DNA from: a virus | Lineage: Duplodnaviria > Heunggongvirae > Uroviricota > Caudoviricetes | Direction: 5' to 3' (one strand) | IMG/VR virus record: IMGVR_UViG_3300032103_000073 | DNA: 64,000 nucleotides | Shown: positions 56,679 to 64,000 of the stretch, one piece after another | Numbering within the stretch: the first letter of the stretch is position 1 | Layout of the letters: every line of letters begins with the position of its first letter | The notes under the pieces: generated by a model | The model's input: only the letters and a program-made list of their open reading frames with translations | Told to the model about the DNA's origin: nothing | Database searches by the model: none | Translations under genes and position numbers: made by a program

Positions 56679-58037
56679 ATGTCATTAACATTTAATAAAG
56701 AAAGTTTTTGCCCTGAGGTATGGAATCAACTTGAAATAAACATGGCAGGTGATTTCAGTCTTTGCTGTTTAGCAAATTACGATAAAGAATTCGGAATGGC
56801 TCTAGACACTGATGGCAATCAAATGAACATCCTGACCCACTCGTTTGAAGAAGCAATTAATAGTGCAATACACAAAGAACATCGCTTACAATTAAGCAGA
56901 AATGAAAAACCGCTTCGTTGTAGAAATTGTTACGACAGCGAAGAAAGCACACGAAACCCTTGTGGAAATTTAAAAGAACAAAAGGGAATGAGCAAACGGC
57001 AACGGGTATTAGCCAATATGCCTGGGTACGTTAACGTGTACTCTGCTTCAGATGTAACAAACACAGACGGTTTAGTTAATAGCAATATAGTAAATTTACA
57101 TATACGGTTTGGTAATCTTTGCAATTTAAAATGTTTGCAATGTAATCCGCAAAGTAGTAGCCTTTGGACTGATGATTGGTTGGCATTAAACAAATCGACT
57201 GGAACTGATACTCCTGTTTTTAAATTAGGGAAAACCGAATATAAGATAGTTGTTGATCAGCATGGCAGAAATAAATTAGATTTTCCCAACTGGTGGGAAA
57301 CTGATATTTGGTGGGAAAAGTTTAAAAAAATAATGCCACAATTAAAGTATATTTATTTTACTGGCGGTGAACCATTTTTAGTCCCTGCTATGGATAAGTG
57401 TTTAGATCTTCTTATAGAAGCAGATCTTGCAAAAGATATTATTTTACGGTTCGATACTAATTTATCAGTTATTAACGATAAGATATTGAACAGGTTATCT
57501 AAATTTAAGGATATAAAACTTTGCGTTAGTATAGACGAAGTAGACACTCGATATGAGTTTATTAGATATCCAGGTAAATTTGAAAAATTTGTTTCGAATC
57601 TAGAATCGGTTATCGAACGTAATATTCCTGTGGAATATATCAGCACTTGTATTGGCATTGCTACTATATTTACTGTTCCGAGAGTTAATTCGTTTGCAAA
57701 AAAATACAAGTTGACTAGCACATTTAGATTCCTGGAAAATCCGCCCTGGTTGGATATTAGATGCTTGCCTCCCAGTGCAAAAGACGATATTATTGAATTT
57801 TATAACAAAGAAAATGAAGTCGAAAGCGACCCAAATTTTATAAAATATAATACCGCAGTAATCAAGCTATTAACAAAATACAAAGATAGCTCACACACTG
57901 ACTATACAAAACTAAATGAATTTGTTAATAATATGGATAAATTAGATAAACTTCGAGGAACTAACTGGAGAACGACATTGCCAGACGTGTACAATCTTTT
58001 GATAAAAAATTGTAAGAATAATATTGTATCTTTATAA
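56679..58037 (+). CDS. radical SAM protein with N-terminal Cys-rich (SPASM/twitch-like) region
   Basis: CNLKCLQC, FTGGEP, FDTN, SID; FCPEVW...SLCC...CRNCY. Confidence 0.88.
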   Translation: MSLTFNKESFCPEVWNQLEINMAGDFSLCCLANYDKEFGMALDTDGNQMNILTHSFEEAINSAIHKEHRLQLSRNEKPLRCRNCYDSEESTRNPCGNLKEQKGMSKRQRVLANMPGYVNVYSASDVTNTDGLVNSNIVNLHIRFGNLCNLKCLQCNPQSSSLWTDDWLALNKSTGTDTPVFKLGKTEYKIVVDQHGRNKLDFPNWWETDIWWEKFKKIMPQLKYIYFTGGEPFLVPAMDKCLDLLIEADLAKDIILRFDTNLSVINDKILNRLSKFKDIKLCVSIDEVDTRYEFIRYPGKFEKFVSNLESVIERNIPVEYISTCIGIATIFTVPRVNSFAKKYKLTSTFRFLENPPWLDIRCLPPSAKDDIIEFYNKENEVESDPNFIKYNTAVIKLLTKYKDSSHTDYTKLNEFVNNMDKLDKLRGTNWRTTLPDVYNLLIKNCKNNIVSL

Positions 58038-58062
58038 AAAAAGCCCCTTAAAGGGGCTTTTT
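58036..58062. terminator. bidirectional terminator between convergent radical SAM genes
   Basis: AAAAAAAGCCCCT-TAA-AGGGGCTTTTT. Confidence 0.8.
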
Positions 58063-59416
58063 ATGCTTTTGTGTTTGGGCAATGTCTGCGTAGTAAATCG
58101 CAAATGTCAGGGAGGGTAGTCCTCCAGTTAGTCCCTCGAAGTCTATCTAATTTATCCATGGTAGAAACGAATTTTGCTAATCTATCGATTCTTACATGCT
58201 TTTCATCCATATACTTCTCTAAAAACTTGATCATAGAGTTATACCATCTTTTTCTGTTATCGCTGTGATCAGCGAGCTCCTTATAAACATTAATAATTTC
58301 CATTTTAGCAGATACTGGTAATGATCGTAAATCTAACCAACTCGGTCCTTCGAGATATCTAAATTCGCACGGTACTCCTAACTTTTCTGCTAATTCGGTT
58401 AATCGTATCATAGAATATATACTAGCTATTCCAACACAGCAAGACAGGTAATGAATGTCCATGCCATTATCTTTTAAGGTAGCAATGTTTTTAACAAGCG
58501 TATCGAACTTGCCAGGGAATCGTATTAGCTCGTAACGTTCTTCTACGTCATCCATGCTAACACAAAAATTTATGTTTTTAAAATGCTTGAATTGATCTAT
58601 AACCCTGCTATTTAATGCAGACAAGTTTGTATCAAATCTAAGTATGATATTTTTTGCAAAATCTTTTTCTACTAATCGTTTAAGTATTTCTTCTAATATA
58701 GGAGCAATTAGTGGTTCTCCTCCACTGAAATATATGTGTCTAAGGTCGGGAGCGATTTCTTCAAATCGCTCCCACCAAATATCCGTTTCCCACCACTTGG
58801 AATAGTTTACTTTATTTTTACCAACTGAGTTTACTTCGATATTGTAGGTCTTGTATTGAACGCTGGGAGGTAGCACGTTTGCGTCATATCCGTACAATTG
58901 TACCCAATCGTCAGACCAAAGACTACTGAACTCTGGGCTGCACATTATGCATTTTTGATTGCAAAGGTTACTGATACGCAATCCGAGATTGACCACTTTT
59001 GAAGTAATTGAACCATCCGCTAGTGTATAACGATCTGCGGTATCGCATCTAACGTATTCAGGAATAAGACTTGCTGTGATGTTATTCACCCGTTGCCTTT
59101 TACTTCTTCCTCGTTTTTTTATATCGTCGTTACCCCATGCATCATCGCCCTTAATACTGTCTTCGCTATCGTAACAATTTCTGCAGCGTTTAACTTTAAT
59201 ATTATCTTTCAATTGCAGCCGATGCTCTTTATGTGTAACGCTATTCATGGCCTCGTTGATAGAATGCGTCATAACATTCATTACATTACCATTTTCATCA
59301 AACGCAAGACCGTAATCGTCGTCATAATTTGCTAGGCAGCAAATCTTATAATCGCCCATGGTGTTTATTTCAATTTGGCTCCATAGTTCGCCACAAAAAC
59401 TTTCATTATTAAACAT
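58061..59416 (-). CDS. radical SAM protein, paralog of 56679
   Basis: CNQKCIMC, FSGGEP, FDTN; shared ends FN.ESFC.E.W and MDKLD.LRGTNWRTTLPD; ATG at 59416 preferred. Confidence 0.88.
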   Translation of the reverse strand: MFNNESFCGELWSQIEINTMGDYKICCLANYDDDYGLAFDENGNVMNVMTHSINEAMNSVTHKEHRLQLKDNIKVKRCRNCYDSEDSIKGDDAWGNDDIKKRGRSKRQRVNNITASLIPEYVRCDTADRYTLADGSITSKVVNLGLRISNLCNQKCIMCSPEFSSLWSDDWVQLYGYDANVLPPSVQYKTYNIEVNSVGKNKVNYSKWWETDIWWERFEEIAPDLRHIYFSGGEPLIAPILEEILKRLVEKDFAKNIILRFDTNLSALNSRVIDQFKHFKNINFCVSMDDVEERYELIRFPGKFDTLVKNIATLKDNGMDIHYLSCCVGIASIYSMIRLTELAEKLGVPCEFRYLEGPSWLDLRSLPVSAKMEIINVYKELADHSDNRKRWYNSMIKFLEKYMDEKHVRIDRLAKFVSTMDKLDRLRGTNWRTTLPDICDLLRRHCPNTKA

Positions 59417-59487
59417 ATGGATATTTATATCCTTGACATCAATTTTAGATTTGCTATAATAAATATTCTTAATAAAGGAAATCAAAA

Positions 59488-60051
59488 ATGACAAAACAAT
59501 AGATCGAAATCGCTTGCAAGGATGTGGTGTTCCATTTTAACAAAAAACATCTCGAAGACCAAACTATTCCCATGTGGGTCTTAAAAGCACATGGCGACAC
59601 TTACTACGTAAATCACGTAGATTGCACACTTCCATGGAGCACTAAAGAAACTAGTGATAATCCGCATACTAAAGGAAGTATCAAGGTAAAAGATTGTTTG
59701 CTAACAATTGATTCTGATAACCGTGCAACTTTATCCAAACTTACCTTAATAGACCGAGTCCGATTGAGAAATCAACGCTTGGGCATTACTCGCGTCATCT
59801 TTAGAGACAACGACTTTGAGAAAGTTCTTAAAGAAGAAGGTATCAAGTTTAGTCCATTTAAGCGAGTAACAGGCGCTTGTTATACAACGTATACAGTTTG
59901 CGATATACTAGACCGACATGATGCTATGATTTTAAGTTTAAAGTATCCGGGTAGATTTAGAGTGTTGCAGCCAAACGAAACTTATTATCAAGCCTATGAT
60001 GATAAGAAACTGTGGGATAAATTACAAAGAGAAAGCTACGAATATGATTGA
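59488..60051 (+). CDS. hypothetical protein with in-frame TAG at codon 5
   Basis: SD AAAGGA, then ATG ACA AAA CAA TAG ATC GAA ... in frame with the 59524 ORF. Confidence 0.6.
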
Positions 60052-60463
60052 TTGTTTAATATTAGGCGACAGTATTGCAGTAGGCACGCACCAGCAGAGA
60101 CTGGAATGTGTTGCCTTGGCCCGTGGCGGCATAAACAGCTGGCAATGGAATAAGCAGTATGGTGCCAATAATCTAACGGCTGATACTGTTATTATCAGCT
60201 TGGGTAGCAATGACCACAAAGGAGTTAAGACCTATGACGAACTGCAACGAATGCGCTCAAAAGTTAAAGGCAGCAGGGTGTTTTGGATATTGCCAGCAGG
60301 TAACCTTAAGGCCGGTGGTGTTGCAATCGAAACTATACAGCACATTGTTAAAGAAATAGCCCAACAACACGGCGATACTGTTTTGCCTATTACCAGCTTA
60401 AGTAAAGACGGAATACATCCCACTGGACAAGGATATCGGAGCTTGGCAAACAACTCTAGATAA
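60044..60463 (+). CDS. SGNH/GDSL hydrolase
   Basis: ILGDSIA, ISLGSND, DGIHP..QGY. Confidence 0.8.
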   Translation: MIDCLILGDSIAVGTHQQRLECVALARGGINSWQWNKQYGANNLTADTVIISLGSNDHKGVKTYDELQRMRSKVKGSRVFWILPAGNLKAGGVAIETIQHIVKEIAQQHGDTVLPITSLSKDGIHPTGQGYRSLANNSR

Positions 60464-60545
60464 TTCTCTAGGTTCTAGACTTGTTGTGCTATATAATAGT
60501 GTAAGAACACAAGTTCTTGCATAACACACAGAAAGAGAGATTACT

Positions 60546-60779
60546 ATGTCAAATGGATTTGAAATTCGTCTTGAACTACTCAAGATGGCAAAAGAAATGC
60601 TAGAGCAAGACTGGCATGCACAGCGTGAGGCAGTTATGAGTGACTATAACACTAGAATTAGTTTTGCAGATCATGCAACAGATCTCCCACCGACACCAAC
60701 CTTCAAACCTTTCCCCGGTGAAGCAGACATTATCGCCAAGGCCAAAACGTTAAATGAATTTGTCACTCAACGACAATAA
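60546..60779 (+). CDS. hypothetical protein
   Basis: FEIRLELLKMAK...II.KAK.LNEFV. Confidence 0.6.
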   Translation: MSNGFEIRLELLKMAKEMLEQDWHAQREAVMSDYNTRISFADHATDLPPTPTFKPFPGEADIIAKAKTLNEFVTQRQ

Positions 60780-60891
60780 AAGGTAAAGTTGTCCCATAAA
60801 ACGGTAAGATGCACTGTTGCTCTTACCGTTTTTTTATGTAATAATAGTTCTACATTGCAAACGCAATGACGACATTTAAAACATAAGGACT

Positions 60892-61149
60892 ATGAAAATG
60901 ACAAAATCTAGCAAACTATTGGCAGCGCTACAAGCTGGTGAAAAACTAACAGCAGCTCAAATCACAGCACGTTTTGGTATTAAGAACCCACGTGCAACTG
61001 TTAGCGATCTACGCTTTAGCGGTTATGCCATTTATGCTAATCAGCACAAGGATACTAAAGGTCGCGAAACTACCAAGTATCGTTTAGGCAATCCTAGCAA
61101 GCGAGTAATCGCCGCAGGTTACAAAGCTCTTGCAGCTGGCTTGATCTAA
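60892..61149 (+). CDS. winged helix-turn-helix protein
   Basis: LL.ALQ.GE.LTA.QI..RFG..NPRATVS.LR..GY.I. Confidence 0.65.
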   Translation: MKMTKSSKLLAALQAGEKLTAAQITARFGIKNPRATVSDLRFSGYAIYANQHKDTKGRETTKYRLGNPSKRVIAAGYKALAAGLI

Positions 61150-61196
61150 TTAGGTTTCGCTTTGTAAATAAAAGGACACGTATGTGTCCTTTTTTC

Positions 61197-61823
61197 ATGA
61201 GCACTATGGACTTAAAACAAATCATAACAACTAACAATGATATACGCCATTTAGTTAACATTGTCGACGATCCGTCCGGCAGCGGCAATGCATCGATAGA
61301 TTTTACAAGTTTATATGCTGATCCTTGTGCAATTGAAATGATTTCAGATTGGTTTGATTTATTAGTCAGCAAACATAATATTTCGTGTATTGTTGCAATA
61401 GAAACTCGAGGTTTAATTTGGGGCTCGATTGTTGCATCTAGGAATAAGTTGCCACTGCTATTGTCAAGGAAAGTAATAAATATACCTGGAGATAATGTCT
61501 CAACTCGATTTATCTCCAGGTCTAGGCTGCATATTGCTACCATTGCAAAAAATTTCAAACCAACCGGAAATGTTATGCTAGTCGATGATACGATTGTTTC
61601 AGGAGCTACTCTTGAAGGGACATCATCTTTAATATCAACCCATTGGAAAATTCCGCCGTCTAATCAAGTGTTAGCATCAGTTTTGTATTGTGATAATTTA
61701 TCAGGAGTAGACCGTTTGTCGGCTCTAGGCTATAAAGTTGAATATATGAATCGGATTACAGCACCCGGATACGTGTTCGATCGGATTCGTGAGAACATTG
61801 GAACATTGAGCAAGGAAAGCTAG
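61197..61823 (+). CDS. type I phosphoribosyltransferase (APRT-like)
   Basis: IVAIETRG..WG, VMLVDDTIVSGATL PRPP loop. Confidence 0.75.
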   Translation: MSTMDLKQIITTNNDIRHLVNIVDDPSGSGNASIDFTSLYADPCAIEMISDWFDLLVSKHNISCIVAIETRGLIWGSIVASRNKLPLLLSRKVINIPGDNVSTRFISRSRLHIATIAKNFKPTGNVMLVDDTIVSGATLEGTSSLISTHWKIPPSNQVLASVLYCDNLSGVDRLSALGYKVEYMNRITAPGYVFDRIRENIGTLSKES

Positions 61824-62631
61824 AAGCAGGCACAGCCCAATCAGCTACAAATACATTTCCGAGATCCCTGCCACCGCATGCACTGGCGCTGGCCCAGCCT
61901 CGACCACTTATAAAGATATAATCAACACCAGCAAAACATTGCCGACCAGTATAGACAAATTCTGGGTTTTGAATTATCCTTGGGTCAATCCACACTGGCT
62001 GCGGTTGATCAAACTCGCTCAACACCGGCTCTGGCGGAGTCCAATCCTCCGGTCTTCCATTGATTAAATTTATATCTTTGTTAGAGTAGCCAGACCAATA
62101 GTCGTGTCCTCCTACTGCTTCTCTTGTTAAGATTTGTTCGTGAACTGCAAAACCTTGACTGGTTAGTTCTTCTATTCTTGCTCGATCTTCTAGGATTTTC
62201 CCCGGCATCAACGGAATAACAATATCCAATTTAACATTATTATCTTTGCATAAATCTACTACAAAATCTAACACGCTGGGATTTTGCCAACTGTGTTGAG
62301 TAAATTTAATATGATCTACCATATTGATAATGGGCATTAAGTCGAACCAAGTTTCGCCGCCATTGGTATCTAGTCGAACATGGCTGGGTTTCTTTTTAAT
62401 ATCAGCAAGGATGATATCCAATCCGGGAAATTGCAATGGTTCCCCACCGCCTAGTTTCCATTTGATTGTTTCTGCATGTTGATACCTACTGGCTTGTAGT
62501 TTTCTAATAACAGCTTGATATTCGTCTATACCCCGGGTCAGTGTATTTCCGCTGTATTTACTAGGACAATAGCTGCATCCTTTGTTGCACACATCGGTTA
62601 GGTTCCAATGCACTTCTGCTTGTTTAATCAT
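61756..62631 (-). CDS. radical SAM protein
   Basis: WNLTDVCNKGCSYC, LGGGEP, LDTNG, C-terminal C.AG...SAC...C.MFQC; ATG at 62631 preferred. Confidence 0.85.
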   Translation of the reverse strand: MIKQAEVHWNLTDVCNKGCSYCPSKYSGNTLTRGIDEYQAVIRKLQASRYQHAETIKWKLGGGEPLQFPGLDIILADIKKKPSHVRLDTNGGETWFDLMPIINMVDHIKFTQHSWQNPSVLDFVVDLCKDNNVKLDIVIPLMPGKILEDRARIEELTSQGFAVHEQILTREAVGGHDYWSGYSNKDINLINGRPEDWTPPEPVLSEFDQPQPVWIDPRIIQNPEFVYTGRQCFAGVDYIFISGRGWASASACGGRDLGNVFVADWAVPASSFPCSMFQCSHESDRTRIRVL

Positions 62632-62713
62632 AATATCACCATAAAAGTTGACAAATCCTCGCTGTCTATATATACTTATATAATACCACCCGGGTACAGT
62701 TATAAATAAGTTG

Positions 62714-63991
62714 ATGGCATTTTTATTATATTTCACAGCAGTAATTTTAAGCGGCATTGCAGCCTATTATAGCGTTATCGGTTTGGTAGCGATTTTTAGT
62801 GCAGCCGCAATTCCCGTAGCAGTTATGGGCGGCAGTTTAGAAGCTGCTAAATTGGTAGTAGCAAGTTGGCTATATCGTCAATGGAAAAATATTCCATTGT
62901 TGATGAAAGTATACTTTGTTTCTGCATTGGGTATCTTAATGCTGATCACCAGCATGGGTATCTTTGGCTTTTTAAGTAAGGCTCACAGCGACCAAAGTCT
63001 TGTAAGCGGCGATGTTGCAAGTAAAATTGCAATTTACGACGATAAGATTAAAACAGCAAAGGACAATATTGATGCAAATCGTAAGGCTCTCAAACAAATG
63101 GATGAAGCAGTGGATCAAGTTATGGGCCGCTCTACAACAGAAACAGGTGCCGACAAAGCAGTTGCTATACGCAGGTCCCAGCAAAAAGAACGAGCTCGAC
63201 TACTATCCGAAATCGCAGCCGAACAGAAAACTATTAGTCAAGTCAATGAAGAACGAGCACCAATTGCCGCTGAAGTCCGCAAGGTGGAAGCAGAAGTCGG
63301 TCCGTTAAAATATATTGCAGCTTTTATCTATGGCGATAATCCAGATGAAAACAGTTTAGAACGCAGTGTTCGTTGGTTGATTATTCTGTTGATTTGCGTA
63401 TTTGATCCTTTAGCAGTTTTAATGCTAATAGCAGCCAATTTAACACAGATAAAAACGCAAGAAAAAAACAAGGGAGAACAAGTCGATGATAAGCCGATTG
63501 AAGTTATATCTAACCAAACTGAGTTGCCAGTGGTTGCTCAAACACCAGAACAGCCAGAAGCACCTGCAATTGATGCAACGGAAATTGAGCCCGTTATTGA
63601 ACCCGCAGCCACAGTGGAAACAGTGGGAGTAAAGCCTTCTAAAAAAAAGACAGCGAAAGTAAAACCAAAAAACGAACCAGAAGTAGAAATTAAACCAGAA
63701 ATCTTAACCTTTGGTATTGATGCAATCGAACGCCCAGGAGACTATATAACACCTGCTGAGCAGACCATTGCACTAGTCAAAGTTGAAGAACAGACTGCTG
63801 ATGATAAATCAGTTAGTCAGGGCCTAATCGGCCAACCGATTACTGTTGACAGCGAAGTTGAAAAAATGATTGTAGCTGGAGACGAACAAGGCCTGGAGCA
63901 AGTTTATAAAAAGATTGTTAAAGAACTTGCCAAGACAAAACGAAATAAAACTACCCACTGGGGACCTTTAAAGAACAACAAAAATGGATGA
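62714..63991 (+). CDS. multi-TM coiled-coil membrane protein
   Basis: Three N-terminal TM helices, long coil, one further TM (WLIILLICVFDPLAVLMLIAA), acidic tail. Confidence 0.65.
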   Translation: MAFLLYFTAVILSGIAAYYSVIGLVAIFSAAAIPVAVMGGSLEAAKLVVASWLYRQWKNIPLLMKVYFVSALGILMLITSMGIFGFLSKAHSDQSLVSGDVASKIAIYDDKIKTAKDNIDANRKALKQMDEAVDQVMGRSTTETGADKAVAIRRSQQKERARLLSEIAAEQKTISQVNEERAPIAAEVRKVEAEVGPLKYIAAFIYGDNPDENSLERSVRWLIILLICVFDPLAVLMLIAANLTQIKTQEKNKGEQVDDKPIEVISNQTELPVVAQTPEQPEAPAIDATEIEPVIEPAATVETVGVKPSKKKTAKVKPKNEPEVEIKPEILTFGIDAIERPGDYITPAEQTIALVKVEEQTADDKSVSQGLIGQPITVDSEVEKMIVAGDEQGLEQVYKKIVKELAKTKRNKTTHWGPLKNNKNG

Positions 63992-64000
63992 TACTCAAAA

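Noticed and set aside
1692-63308. Many antisense and nested ORFs in the six-frame track (e.g. 10761-11615, 12439-13017, 47277-47765, 55707-56243)
   Set aside because: They shadow well-supported genes on the other strand or frame and have no motifs or RBS.
1-64000. Genome-wide TAG reassignment (code 15-like)
   Set aside because: Nearly all genes are intact under code 11 and only three internal TAGs were found, so at most limited suppression.
1-64000. CRISPR array, rRNA, IS/transposase or integrase
   Set aside because: No repeat-spacer periodicity, rRNA-like sequence or transposase/integrase motifs were seen. The 31032 nuclease is a stand-alone phage exonuclease, not a cas locus.

Overview
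64 kb of a large T4-like (myovirus, probably jumbo) phage genome, almost entirely + strand and gene-dense (about 97 CDS). It carries virion/packaging genes (tail-tube-like, gp4-like head completion nuclease, large terminase, PAAR), a T4-type replication/recombination set (gp32, UvsX, UvsY, UvsW, primase, gp41 helicase, a miniature DnaE-like protein), class Ia RNR with Fe-S/redox helpers (iscU, iscA, glutaredoxin, rubrerythrin, rubredoxin), NAD+ salvage (NMNAT-Nudix + NAMPT), outer-membrane proteins, three radical SAM proteins and five homing-endonuclease-like genes. Promoters are sigma70-like (TTGACA-17-TATAAT/TATACT) or T4-late-like ((G/T)ATAAATA). OmpA and IscU sequences suggest a betaproteobacterial host (inference). 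The most striking signal is a set of translational-recoding features. (1) iscU is interrupted by a 10-nt insert GGC-TAGACTA-GGC (matched take-off/landing codons, stop after take-off, 19-bp hairpin ending at the take-off codon) next to an HNH endonuclease, resembling the T4 gene 60 bypass/mobA cassette. (2) There is a tRNA with a CUA (amber) anticodon, plus in-frame TAG codons in two genes. (3) There is a circularly permuted two-piece tmRNA beside smpB. In addition, nrdA is split in its active site by a GIY-YIG insertion, and the halves carry complementary basic and acidic extensions. All calls come from manual motif recognition; no database searches were run.
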